Assembly (NCBI GenBank): GCA_028704635.1
Contig: JAQWFB010000001.1
Coordinates: forward strand, 133,541-197,540
DNA: 64,000 nt
Source of the DNA: Candidatus Shapirobacteria bacterium
GTDB lineage: Bacteria; Patescibacteriota; Microgenomatia; UBA12405
Direction of reading: 5' to 3'
Shown here piece after piece: positions 1 to 9,669 of this stretch. The stretch's first letter is position 1. Each line of letters opens with the position of its first letter. The notes under the pieces were generated by a model. It had not been told where the DNA came from. It saw only the letters and a list, made by a program, of their open reading frames with translations, and did not search any database. The position numbers and the translations under genes are program-made.

Positions 1-161
1 TCCTTTAATAATTCTTCATCCGTATCAACTTTAGTATCAGTAATAGCAGTTTTTGAAGCAGAAAGACCAAGAGTCAAAATAATTGCTGATGCTAAAAGAA
101 TAATAATAGCAATCTGTCCTTGACTATTTTTTATTAATTTTTCATTTTTAATTTTATTCAT
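1..161 (-). CDS. N-terminal fragment of a membrane-anchored hypothetical protein. The gene continues beyond the window start.
   Basis: Reverse-strand ATG at 161-159. Translation MNKIKNEKLIKNSQGQIAIIILLASAIILTLGLS... has a hydrophobic TM/signal-like segment. It lies directly downstream of the Cys-rich giant gene on the same strand. Confidence 0.35.
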   Translation of the reverse strand, partial: MNKIKNEKLIKNSQGQIAIIILLASAIILTLGLSASKTAITDTKVDTDEELLK

Positions 162-166
162 CATAA

Positions 167-3100
167 TTAATTTCCCCACTGCCAATTAGTTAAAACTTTA
201 GCAATATCACTAGGCATATTAAAAATTAATTCTGGATTGTAATTAACCACTACCGTTGGAGTTGAGTTATTGTTTATTCTATTATTAGTATCATGATCAC
301 GAAAAAAATTAACACTATCAGCGGCATAAAGACTACCATTAAAAATTAACTGATCAGGACTAGAACCCCCAACATTAATTTTATTGGCTACTAAAATTCC
401 ATCAACTGTATTAACAGTTTGATTAACAGTAATGTTTCCTTTGGCAATAATCATTAAAAATTTATTAATACCTTTTAATATGTCTCCGTTAATAATTAAA
501 TCACCGTCAACAAAGTAAGTATTATTAGTATCAGAACCAAGATCACTAATATTATTTATAGTTTTACCTGCTAAAGTAGTTCCAACTCCTTTCTTAACAA
601 AATATTGGCTGTAGAAATAATCATAGTTAGTATTGTAATCAGCTAGTTTAGCCAAGGCATCAGAATAATACCAATTCTGATAAGAAGATGCACCTTTATT
701 ATTAAGAGTAGGGGCAGCAACTAAACCACCAATACTGATTTGGCAATTATTAGTGCAAGTCGCTGGAATTCCCCCTACAACTTTATTATTACTAATAACT
801 CCACCTCCACTGGCTTGCCACCAAGGATCTTGTATTAAAATTCCAGAGAAGTCAGCTTTTAAGGTTGGGTTACTATCATATGCATTGGCCTCACTAGTGT
901 AAAGAGCGTTTATACATTGCCAATTAGACGCTGATTGATCTTTAAACCTTAAAGTCGGATGTGACATTGTAAAACCATTATTAAATACAAAGTTCTGGTA
1001 GATTGAACCCCAAATTAATTTATTAGATCCACTAGAATAATTTGGAGAACTAACAGACATACTAACGTTGACACTATTATTAGTATCAAAAAAACTAAAA
1101 TCAGTAAGATTAAGAATATACTGATCAGCTGGATTATCAAAACCAATTCCATTAGTGGAGGTACTACAAGTGGCACCACTAGTATCAGTAGAATCATAAA
1201 AAGTGCCATTAATAGAAACTCCACAATCCCAGATCTTAATACTACGGCCTGTATCGAGAATATTAGAACTGATATTGTAATTATCTGTCACAATAGTGTA
1301 AATAGGATAAGTTCCGAGTGACACTCCAGCAGTATTAAAGTCAATATCGAAGGTAGCGACGGCTGTTTCTCCAACTCCAGCAGTGATTAGTGTTGTTGGA
1401 GAAGATTTAGTGTAGACATCACCCAACTTTAATTGAACGTTACTGATTGTGCCATCACTGTCGGTGGCAGTAACTATAAAACGGACTTTCCTTTTAGTGG
1501 AACCAATATCAAAACCAGTGTCACAGACTTGATTTTTATCACCCAATTCTGACGGAACTATTAATCCTGTCGAAACGTTGGCTAAAACGAGACCGTTGGC
1601 AAAAGGGGGGGCGTCGACAATAAAATAACCCAAGGTTGACGACCAACCACTTTCATAAATAGGGTTGATTCCAATACCAACACAAGTATTGTTTTTAACA
1701 TTTACACCCCAACGATAAACAACACCCTTAGTTAAATTATTACTAATAATAGTAGTATCGTTAATATTGGTAATATCAACATCTTTATCTCTAATTCCTA
1801 GTGTACCACCCTCATCATGCCACACTCCAATATTGTAGTAATCTGCCTTAGGATCGGTGCTTTTATTCCAACTCAAATCTATATTAGTAACGTCAGTATA
1901 AACACTAGGAGCACTAGGTGTGCCATTAGGAGTTTTTATTGTTGTTTTAGTTGGATCACCAGCATCTGAAGTTCCACAAGAAGCATCACAACCAGTACAC
2001 GAGATACTTCCGCAATTATTTCCTCCAGTACAAGAACTCCCATCAGTTTGACCACAACTAGGTCCACTACAACTACCACCAGTACAAGAAGCATATAGGA
2101 CAGGTTTAGTTCCAGTACAAGTTCCACATTCGTTTGAACTTGCGTAAGGAACACCATCACAATAATCGCCTCTATCACCACACTCTGGTAGTTTAGTTCC
2201 ATAACAAGTTCCACATCCGTTTGAACTTGCGTAAGGAACATTATCACAATAATTATTTGTATTACCACAATCTGGTAGTTTAGTTCCTTCGCATGTTGTA
2301 TTCGGCCTACAGACTCCAACCTGTTCAGGTTCTGTAAAACCACTACTTTTACAAAGTCCAGCCGCAGTCGTAGTGTTGCAAGAACATGGGTCTGCTTTTT
2401 TACACTTACAACAAGTATAAGGATAACAACCACTAAAGCCAGCATTACGATCAACGCAATTAGCTTCTATTTCATATGAGCTCCACGAACAAGTAGAACC
2501 ACTCTCTGGTTTTTTTGTATAACCACTACCAAGACCATCACAAGTACCAATACAATTTCCACATTTATAACAAAGTGCTGTATTGTCACACTTGTCATCT
2601 TTTATATAACACCTACCATCATTTATCTCAATGGTATATTGAGAACCATCAGTAGCACAGGCACTACCATCCCAACCATCAGCAGTATTACAACTTGCAG
2701 TACAATAAGGTTGAGAGGCACTATGATAAGTGCAATCAGTACCTTCATCAAAACCGTAGCTTTGACCTTCAGTTGTTGGACCTTTCACACAATCATCATT
2801 CTCGTTTGTACAACCACTTTGGCTAAGATAACAATTATAATCATTACCGCTGGCACAGCCCTTACAATTTGTAATATCATATTCTCTACAAGCATAAGCA
2901 CTATTTAATAGTGCGTACATCCATCTAGAATAGCAATGTGAATCATCATTTCCAGTCATTGGACAGTTACAATCATCACTATAACTCAATGACGACTCGA
3001 CCGGTTGACTACAGTCAGAACTGTAACTTAAATAATCACTTGTCCTCTGACATCCATAAGTCGAACTACATTTAGATGGACAAGAATAGTATTCTTTTGT

Positions 3101-3544
3101 TCCTGTACAATAATCATCACAACCATTCCAGCACGATTCGTTCGGATAAATATTGTCAGCACAAGAACAATCTGGACGACATTTTCTTCCGTCACAATAA
3201 TCATCACAACCATTCCAGCACGAATCGCCCACATAAATATTATCAGCACAAGAACAATCTGGAACACATGTATAACAAGATCCATATCTACATTCTCCAC
3301 TATCACACAAATCTGTACAAGAATTATCTGTACTGTAAACAGCCGAGCTCGTATCTGGAGATTGACAATAGTCATCATCACTACAGAAAGCAACCCTCTC
3401 GCACTCGTTATTATAGCTACACCTTGAACATCCACAACGATATCCCTCTGCAACTGGTGCTACATTAAAAGCTAAGATTAGACTTAAAATTCCAAAATAT
3501 AAAATATGTTTTAAACATTTTTTCATTTTATTAATTCTTTTCAA
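167..3544 (-). CDS. Large (1125 aa) secreted cysteine-rich repeat protein. Candidate surface or adhesin protein; function unknown.
   Basis: Long ORF with an N-terminal signal-peptide-like segment (MKRINKMKKCLKHILYFGILSLILAFNVAPVAEG). The N-terminal half is very Cys-rich with duplicated modules (PDCSCADNIY..SCWNGCDDYC x2; GTKLPxCG..YCDxVPYASSNxCGTCxGTK x2). The C-terminal half is Cys-poor, Asn/Thr/Ser/Gly-rich and beta-like. Confidence 0.7.
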   Translation of the reverse strand: MKRINKMKKCLKHILYFGILSLILAFNVAPVAEGYRCGCSRCSYNNECERVAFCSDDDYCQSPDTSSAVYSTDNSCTDLCDSGECRYGSCYTCVPDCSCADNIYVGDSCWNGCDDYCDGRKCRPDCSCADNIYPNESCWNGCDDYCTGTKEYYSCPSKCSSTYGCQRTSDYLSYSSDCSQPVESSLSYSDDCNCPMTGNDDSHCYSRWMYALLNSAYACREYDITNCKGCASGNDYNCYLSQSGCTNENDDCVKGPTTEGQSYGFDEGTDCTYHSASQPYCTASCNTADGWDGSACATDGSQYTIEINDGRCYIKDDKCDNTALCYKCGNCIGTCDGLGSGYTKKPESGSTCSWSSYEIEANCVDRNAGFSGCYPYTCCKCKKADPCSCNTTTAAGLCKSSGFTEPEQVGVCRPNTTCEGTKLPDCGNTNNYCDNVPYASSNGCGTCYGTKLPECGDRGDYCDGVPYASSNECGTCTGTKPVLYASCTGGSCSGPSCGQTDGSSCTGGNNCGSISCTGCDASCGTSDAGDPTKTTIKTPNGTPSAPSVYTDVTNIDLSWNKSTDPKADYYNIGVWHDEGGTLGIRDKDVDITNINDTTIISNNLTKGVVYRWGVNVKNNTCVGIGINPIYESGWSSTLGYFIVDAPPFANGLVLANVSTGLIVPSELGDKNQVCDTGFDIGSTKRKVRFIVTATDSDGTISNVQLKLGDVYTKSSPTTLITAGVGETAVATFDIDFNTAGVSLGTYPIYTIVTDNYNISSNILDTGRSIKIWDCGVSINGTFYDSTDTSGATCSTSTNGIGFDNPADQYILNLTDFSFFDTNNSVNVSMSVSSPNYSSGSNKLIWGSIYQNFVFNNGFTMSHPTLRFKDQSASNWQCINALYTSEANAYDSNPTLKADFSGILIQDPWWQASGGGVISNNKVVGGIPATCTNNCQISIGGLVAAPTLNNKGASSYQNWYYSDALAKLADYNTNYDYFYSQYFVKKGVGTTLAGKTINNISDLGSDTNNTYFVDGDLIINGDILKGINKFLMIIAKGNITVNQTVNTVDGILVANKINVGGSSPDQLIFNGSLYAADSVNFFRDHDTNNRINNNSTPTVVVNYNPELIFNMPSDIAKVLTNWQWGN
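2105..2276 (-). repeat. Two tandem ~86-nt direct repeats inside the Cys-rich giant gene. They encode the duplicated GTKLPxCG...CGTCxGTK module.
   Basis: Near-identical units gtttagttcc..caagttccacat(t/c)cgtttgaacttgcgtaaggaaca..atcacaataat..tctggta, read directly from the sequence. Confidence 0.7.
3105..3275 (-). repeat. Two tandem ~84-nt direct repeats inside the Cys-rich giant gene. They encode the DCSCADNIY..SCWNGCDDYC module.
   Basis: Units acaataatcatcacaaccattccagcacga(t/a)tcg....ataaatatt(g/a)tcagcacaagaacaatctgga are repeated back-to-back. Confidence 0.7.
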
Positions 3545-3675
3545 GACTACTTAATAAAATTAAAAACATACCATTATTTTTAACATCATAAACTTTAATA
3601 TTAGATTCCTGATTTTGCTCACTAATCATACCCTTATCTTGATTATAAAAAGTAGTAAAAATTTTACTTACCAAC

Positions 3676-4590
3676 CTAGTTACTGTTTTTTTTATCATTC
3701 AGTTTATCAGCTAATAAACCACAAGTAAGCATGTGTCTTACAGTCATTTTATTTATATCTTTTTCATCAACTTCTCTGTAATAAATCAGTTGTCCATATT
3801 TTTTTAATTCTGGCATTTGTTTATATTCTCCCATGTCTATTAATCCCCAAGCCAAACCACATCCTTCTCCATCATTAAATTTATTATTTTTATCACCATA
3901 TAAATCCAAAAATCTATCCAAAGAAACTAAAAAACCTCTATAATCTTCATTGTTGTTTTTCCACTTATACCGAATTGCAAATTCACTTACAAAGTAGCCA
4001 TATTTTTTCAATATGTCAAAATCGTTGCCAGTGATATTGTTAATTTTAATTTTATTCTTAATCAAAATCATCTCAAGTTTTTGTAAATCTTTATCTAATA
4101 AATTAGTTGTATTGCTTTCATCTTTTGCGTCGTAAACCAGAGAATAATCTTCAACCTTTAAAAACTCATACCGAACATCAAAACAAATCTTTTCTGTTAA
4201 GCTTTTAACTTCTTCACTTGCGTTCGGATAATGATATAAATCATATAAAAAATTACAAAGCAAATAATTACTTTGAATCACTTTGACCACCTTTTTGTCA
4301 GTATATTTTTTTAAATCTTCGACAATATTTTTATCAAAATTTTTTTTATATTTTACTTCTCCATCCATAACACTAAAACCACTTCTATTACTTGAAGAAC
4401 CACCAATACAAGCATCACCAGTACAGACTTCGTTTTCACTAAAAACTCCTCTTTTATCCCTTTGTTTTTCTAAAACGTCAACTAATTTTTTTGGTATTTC
4501 TGGATTACTTAAATCAGTCACCATAGTTTTACTAACATAAGAATTAATCGTTGAGGTCTTATTGATACTAATTTTTTTTAAATTTTTCAA
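3676..4590 (-). CDS. Hypothetical protein (304 aa).
   Basis: Intact ORF with an AT-rich promoter region upstream (4591-5129). No recognisable motif. Confidence 0.5.
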   Translation of the reverse strand: MKNLKKISINKTSTINSYVSKTMVTDLSNPEIPKKLVDVLEKQRDKRGVFSENEVCTGDACIGGSSSNRSGFSVMDGEVKYKKNFDKNIVEDLKKYTDKKVVKVIQSNYLLCNFLYDLYHYPNASEEVKSLTEKICFDVRYEFLKVEDYSLVYDAKDESNTTNLLDKDLQKLEMILIKNKIKINNITGNDFDILKKYGYFVSEFAIRYKWKNNNEDYRGFLVSLDRFLDLYGDKNNKFNDGEGCGLAWGLIDMGEYKQMPELKKYGQLIYYREVDEKDINKMTVRHMLTCGLLADKLNDKKNSN

Positions 4591-5129
4591 AAAAAAATAA
4601 AATCCGCCGATAACTAAAATTAAAATCGCTAGAACAATTAATATAAAATATAAAATTTAAGGGTCTTAATTTTATCTACAGGTAAGGCTAATCTTTGATA
4701 TTTTTTTTCACTTAAATTATCCGCCATTTATATAGAAAATATAAACTATTTTTATGGAACAAACAATATGTTATTTAATAATTATTTAATTTTTTTATAT
4801 TCTAGTTTTAATCAATTATTAAAGTAAAAGTTTTTTAATCCTCCTTTTTTGTATTATTCTTCATTTTTATTACTAGATTTAAAAATAACCTATAGCCTGA
4901 AGGGGAGGGATTATATTAAATACAAACATAAAAATCAGGTATTCCAAATCCTATAGTAAAAATACATACACATTCAATACACATCAAATTTAAGTTTAAT
5001 TAGCCGATTTTTATTTAATTTATTGGTCAATTTAATTGAATAATATTTATGTTATAATATTGCAATTTCTAATAAAATAGAAGGGGATCTTTAACATATC
5101 GGATTAATTTAAAAAGGAGAGGATTAGAA

Positions 5130-6185
5130 ATGAAAAAAACAGCAATGTCATTGACTCTGATTTTTTTAATATTTTCAGCTATCTTCTCAACACCAATCGC
5201 AGCAAGAGTAAACAACACAAGTAACGAGGAAGTTATTGTTAACAATATGAAACCTCAGGTTTCAATAAGTTCAACCGTTTCCGGAACCAGCACTACTATT
5301 AGTCTTATTGGTTCCATTGACCACGCTGCTATTTTTAATAACAACAACAATTGGATCGGAAATTTTAAAAAGACAGACAACCAAAAATATGAATTCTTTG
5401 CTTATCCCTTATCAATCGGAGAACACACTTTTATTGTAAAAGCCTCCAATATTAAAGGAGAACAAACACCGGAATCAAATCTAACCACCCAGCAAATAAC
5501 CATAACTATTAAATCTCCCAAAGTAACCAGCAGTATCTATGGTTACAGTGGAGAAGGTAGGCCATTAACTGTTTTTGCCATCGAACCAGAAGTAATCAAA
5601 CACAAAGTTTTAGTAACTTTCGAAATTCACGGTTTCGAAGATTGCTATGCCCGAGACGGTCAAGTTCTTGTCAATATCGCCAACGAGGCAATTTACTATT
5701 TTTCGGTTAATCCTCAACAATTAGGTAACACTGCTCTCTACATTGTTGAATCAGCTAACCCAGACGGTTTAGCCGATGGCTGGACCAATAATGGGCCGGG
5801 CAGATGTACTCTTGGTGGAGTAGACATTAATAGAGACTTTGATTATTGTTGGAACTATCGATCTAATAATCGAAATAAAACCTTGTATCAATTCTCAGCT
5901 CCAGAGTCACAAGCATTACGTAATTTAGTTGTTTCAATCCAACCAAATGATGTAATAGATATCCACGGTTGGATGAATACCACTTATGGAACATCCAGTT
6001 TATGTCAATATTTTGAAAATTCACTAGGAATTGGAAGAAGTAGTGGATTAGGTGGATGTTCTGGTTATTTCGCCGGCTGGTCAATAAATTATGCCCAAAG
6101 AACGGCATTAATTGAGTTACCAAGCCCAAACACTAACCCACAGGAGGTGATCAATGCTGTCGCAAATTTATGTACCAGTATCTAG
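5130..6185 (+). CDS. Secreted zinc carboxypeptidase-like protein (M14-like, tentative).
   Basis: Strong SD (aaaaggagagg) 8 nt upstream. Signal peptide present. HxxE-like motif (EIHGFED) and a downstream His (IDIHGW) resemble the M14 zinc ligands. Confidence 0.4.
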   Translation: MKKTAMSLTLIFLIFSAIFSTPIAARVNNTSNEEVIVNNMKPQVSISSTVSGTSTTISLIGSIDHAAIFNNNNNWIGNFKKTDNQKYEFFAYPLSIGEHTFIVKASNIKGEQTPESNLTTQQITITIKSPKVTSSIYGYSGEGRPLTVFAIEPEVIKHKVLVTFEIHGFEDCYARDGQVLVNIANEAIYYFSVNPQQLGNTALYIVESANPDGLADGWTNNGPGRCTLGGVDINRDFDYCWNYRSNNRNKTLYQFSAPESQALRNLVVSIQPNDVIDIHGWMNTTYGTSSLCQYFENSLGIGRSSGLGGCSGYFAGWSINYAQRTALIELPSPNTNPQEVINAVANLCTSI

Positions 6186-6207
6186 TATTAAGTAAAGGAG
6201 TGTCGAA

Positions 6208-6870
6208 ATGAAAAAGTTTTTAATTGCCCTACTTATAATTTTTATAGCTGCAGGTTTCAGTTTTTTCATTTGTATGAGAACTGAAACAAATAAAATAATG
6301 AACAATGCAGCGCAAAAACAAGAAACACCCTCCGTGGCAGTAGTAACAACCCCAAAAGTTGAACCAGCACCTAAACCAAAAATTCCTACTGATAAAAAGG
6401 AAATTACATCCACTAAAATACAATTGCCTAATCAACCAGGAACCGTCAATGCCAAAGTCGCTGCTAAAATATTAAATAGACATATTGTCAAATCTGGTGA
6501 AATATTTTCTTACAATAAAGTTGTAGGGGAAAGAACTCGTGACAAAGGTTTCATCCCAGGCACCATGCCCGAAACCGATGCTAATGGCAATCAAATAATG
6601 GTTACAGAAGTTGGAAGTGGTGTTTGTCGCGTAGCAGTTTGGACAGCCACTCAGGCCAAAAAATGCGGTCTTGAAACCATAGAAATTACACACCACAAAT
6701 ATACTCCACAATATATATTAGACAATCCAGGTCTTGTCGACGCTACTGTTTATTGGGATTCTGGAACAGATTATAAGTTCAAAAATACCAAACCTTATGA
6801 CATTTTAATAGAATGTGAAGTAACAGATGGTTGCGTTTTACAAGGCTCTTTTTATCAACTAATTTATTAA
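6208..6870 (+). CDS. VanW-family-like protein with an N-terminal membrane anchor.
   Basis: SD taaaggag upstream. N-terminal TM segment. Motifs FSYNKVVGERTRDKGF and GSGVCRVAVWTATQA resemble the VanW signature (FSFNEvvGpRT..., GGGvCQvSTTLY). Confidence 0.4.
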   Translation: MKKFLIALLIIFIAAGFSFFICMRTETNKIMNNAAQKQETPSVAVVTTPKVEPAPKPKIPTDKKEITSTKIQLPNQPGTVNAKVAAKILNRHIVKSGEIFSYNKVVGERTRDKGFIPGTMPETDANGNQIMVTEVGSGVCRVAVWTATQAKKCGLETIEITHHKYTPQYILDNPGLVDATVYWDSGTDYKFKNTKPYDILIECEVTDGCVLQGSFYQLIY

Positions 6871-6886
6871 TCCGATTTTTAAAATT

Positions 6887-6930
6887 GGGAAGGCAATAAT
6901 CCTTTTTTGGATTAAAACCTTCCCTTTTTC
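6887..6930. terminator. Bidirectional intrinsic terminator between convergent genes (VanW-like on + and the last pilin on -).
   Basis: GGGAAGG...CCTTCCC stem with an inner aatcc/ggatt pair, flanked by T-runs on both strands. Confidence 0.5.
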
Positions 6931-6944
6931 TTGTTTAAAAAACT

Positions 6945-7484
6945 TTAATTCCTTAAAGTTAAGTCAATTGAAAATGATTTAGTTGTCCCACTCGACAAAC
7001 CAAATACTCCCGCTCCTAAACCAAAATTAAATTTAACTTTAGATAATTGCAAAGAGGGAAGGGTTGAGCAAGTTACAAACTCATCACAATTTTTTAAAAA
7101 TAAATCATTATTTCCTTGAAATAAATAAGTCGTCGTTCCTACTGCTGAAATTGAAGCAATTTTATAACCAGCACTCACATTACCTAAACAAGAAATTGTT
7201 ATTTTTTCTCCGTCTTTAACATTTGTTATTGTGATCGAGTTACCACTAACACCCATCGGACAACTAAAATTTTCACCTCCATTAACACCATTACTTTTAG
7301 CATTTAAAATAGTTTTTTTAAGTTCATTTAAAATCCAACTACCATTCTGATTTATTTTGTCAGTTGCTTTATTTTTACTTTGTGAACTAAAAACTCCTGA
7401 CATTATTCCACTTATTGATCCAATAATAACCATAATTAAACTAGTTACTATTAAAATTTCAATTAAAGTAAAACCTTTTTTCAT
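6945..7484 (-). CDS. Type IV pilin-like / pseudopilin protein.
   Basis: N-terminus MKKGFTLIEILIVTSLIMVI: class III signal peptide (G|FTLIE with Glu+5) plus a hydrophobic helix. Confidence 0.75.
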   Translation of the reverse strand: MKKGFTLIEILIVTSLIMVIIGSISGIMSGVFSSQSKNKATDKINQNGSWILNELKKTILNAKSNGVNGGENFSCPMGVSGNSITITNVKDGEKITISCLGNVSAGYKIASISAVGTTTYLFQGNNDLFLKNCDEFVTCSTLPSLQLSKVKFNFGLGAGVFGLSSGTTKSFSIDLTLRN

Positions 7485-7897
7485 AACCCCTCCCTTGAAA
7501 AAAGTCTCTCAACTGATAATATTTGAGAATCTCCCCAACGCACCTTAAAAATTAACTTACATTGTGTATCATTACAACTAGCATCACAATAAGTATAACA
7601 CCTATAACCACCACCATTACCCTGACAACCTAAGTTTAAATCAAAATACCAAGGAAGAATTAAAGTACCCGCATAATTATTTACTGTTTGCCAAAAAGCA
7701 AGTGTATTATTTTTACTGTAAAGAACAGTATTTTCAATCATTTGTTGCGACAGCTCTATTGCTTTTTGTCTCTCTGAAGCTATTCTTTTAGCCTTGGCCG
7801 TAACCACCATCAACATCACTACTCCCACTAATACCAAAATTACAATTCCCATCGAAAAAATTATTTCAATTAAACTTTGTCCTTTTTTATTCTTCAT
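7481..7897 (-). CDS. Type IV pilin-like protein.
   Basis: MKNKKGQSLIEIIFSMGIVILVL: G|QSLIE prepilin motif with Glu+5. Start overlaps the next gene (operon). Confidence 0.65.
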   Translation of the reverse strand: MKNKKGQSLIEIIFSMGIVILVLVGVVMLMVVTAKAKRIASERQKAIELSQQMIENTVLYSKNNTLAFWQTVNNYAGTLILPWYFDLNLGCQGNGGGYRCYTYCDASCNDTQCKLIFKVRWGDSQILSVERLFSREGL

Positions 7898-8342
7898 AAA
7901 TTAATCCCGATTCATCAATTTTAATTTTTTTAGTCATACCACTACTTCCAGTAATAGTTACTACTACCACTCCATTAATAGACCTACCATCAGTCACACT
8001 AAATTTAATACTTTTATCCACTGCAATCGAAACACCCTTCTGTCCAATATTTTTTGTAGATACTATTCCAATTAAAGTACCATCCTTTTTATAAGATTTT
8101 GACGTCATCAATCCATCATTATTAATTATTACCAATAAACTGTTCCCATTACTCGCAAATTGATTAGTAGCTGCATAATTTCTAGCAAATCTTAAATTAG
8201 ACATTAATTCTTGTTTAATCGATTCTACTTTTTGATTTTCAAAAAAATTATTCAAAGACACTGAACCAAAACCCACTACCAACATCCCAATCGTTATTGC
8301 CACAATCAATTCAATCAAAGTAAAACCAAAATTGTTTTTCAT
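7887..8342 (-). CDS. Type IV pilin-like protein.
   Basis: MKNNFGFTLIELIVAITIGMLVV prepilin motif. Confidence 0.75.
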   Translation of the reverse strand: MKNNFGFTLIELIVAITIGMLVVGFGSVSLNNFFENQKVESIKQELMSNLRFARNYAATNQFASNGNSLLVIINNDGLMTSKSYKKDGTLIGIVSTKNIGQKGVSIAVDKSIKFSVTDGRSINGVVVVTITGSSGMTKKIKIDESGLIYEE

Positions 8343-8711
8343 TTACGGATTAGTCACACTATAACCAACACCAGTTTCTTCTAAAGTTGTAGTAATAATA
8401 TAAGTATAACCAGTTCCAGTTTGATCATAACTACCTGCATAATTTTCTCCTTTAGGGCCAATTGGCAGCGCTTGAAGATAATTTGGCACCAATTTTGTAC
8501 TTAAGGTTCCATCAGCCGGATAACTACTTCCAGTTCCTTGTCGGTATAATTCCAAAGCTATTCTTATTTTTTCTAAATCAGCCATTCTTCGATTATCTCT
8601 AGCTTTTTTAGTAGTGCCACTATAACTAATCATTCCCATCACAGTTAATATTGCAATTATTGTCACTGTCACAATCAATTCAATTAAAGTAAAACCATTT
8701 TTTTTATTCAT
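8343..8711 (-). CDS. Type IV pilin / GspG-like pseudopilin.
   Basis: MNKKNGFTLIELIVTVTIIAIL plus a GspG-like ARDNRRMADL motif. Confidence 0.75.
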   Translation of the reverse strand: MNKKNGFTLIELIVTVTIIAILTVMGMISYSGTTKKARDNRRMADLEKIRIALELYRQGTGSSYPADGTLSTKLVPNYLQALPIGPKGENYAGSYDQTGTGYTYIITTTLEETGVGYSVTNP

Positions 8712-8724
8712 CTTTATTTTTTAA

Positions 8725-9165
8725 TTATTGTTGATTTTTCACACAAAAATGACTACCAGAATTACCAATATCAAAAGTACAAGAATTATTATCTGCATTA
8801 CCATTTTTTACATTTTCAACAACAGCACAAGCACAATAACTAGCTCCAACACCACCGCTATAAGTATATTTATAAGTACTATCGTTTTTAGGATCCACCG
8901 GAAAAGCATTTAAAATCGCCACTCCGCCAGTGCCAGTCCATCCAGTTGCTAATGTACTAGATGGATAAATATAATTATTTTGAGAATAAAATTGTTCTGC
9001 CGCTGTCTGGATTAATCTAATATCTTCCACCCTTCGTGTATCTCTAGCTTTCTTTTGAGCTCCAGAATAAGCCACTGACGCCACTGCAGTCAAAACTCCA
9101 ATAATCGAAATCACTATTAATAATTCAAATAAGGAAAACCCTCCTTTTTTTTTAATTTTCACCAT
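8725..9165 (-). CDS. Type IV pilin / GspG-like pseudopilin.
   Basis: KKKGGFSLFELLIVISIIGVL...ARDTRRVEDI. C-terminal Cys pair. Confidence 0.75.
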   Translation of the reverse strand: MVKIKKKGGFSLFELLIVISIIGVLTAVASVAYSGAQKKARDTRRVEDIRLIQTAAEQFYSQNNYIYPSSTLATGWTGTGGVAILNAFPVDPKNDSTYKYTYSGGVGASYCACAVVENVKNGNADNNSCTFDIGNSGSHFCVKNQQ

Positions 9166-9177
9166 AATTAATTCTAA

Positions 9178-9669
9178 TTAAAACCAACTTTTAACACTAA
9201 TATTAGGACTAGAGATACCATAGCAAAAAGAAGTACCAACAGAATAAGCCGGACTAACACATTGAGCATCACTTTTATTTTCTAAATTAGCAAAAAGATT
9301 AAATTCTTTTGGTTTAACATCAGGGCTATATTTATAAACATATTTATATTCACCTGTATCTTTTGGATCTATTGGCTTTTCTCTCATATAAATAATTCCT
9401 TTATCTCCAGTAAAACCCACATCTGTTGCAAAAAGTTGATCAAACGTCAAAGCCGGAAAAAACCCTGTGTCATTGTAATACATCATTAACGCTTTCGACA
9501 ACGCATCTAAATTAGATTTTCTTTCAACATCTCTGGCTTTTTTTTGAACTCCAGAATAAGCCACCGCTCCAATCATCGTCAAAATTCCAATAATCGAAAT
9601 TACGACTAATAACTCTACTAAAGTAAAACCAAAAATATTTTTATTTTTTTTCATTTTTTTAGTTTGCAC
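9178..9669 (-). CDS. Type IV pilin-like protein.
   Basis: KNIFGFTLVELLVVISIIGILT...ARDVERKSNL. Confidence 0.75.
   Translation of the reverse strand: MQTKKMKKNKNIFGFTLVELLVVISIIGILTMIGAVAYSGVQKKARDVERKSNLDALSKALMMYYNDTGFFPALTFDQLFATDVGFTGDKGIIYMREKPIDPKDTGEYKYVYKYSPDVKPKEFNLFANLENKSDAQCVSPAYSVGTSFCYGISSPNISVKSWF

Noticed and set aside
1015-3468. Several ORF-track ORFs antisense to or overlapping the giant Cys-rich gene (1015-1224, 1936-2454, 2639-2908, 3028-3453, 3076-3468).
   Set aside because: They have low-complexity, repeat-driven compositions (Ile/Leu/Val runs, His/Asn runs) and are fully embedded in a long well-supported ORF on the other strand or frame. They are judged spurious.
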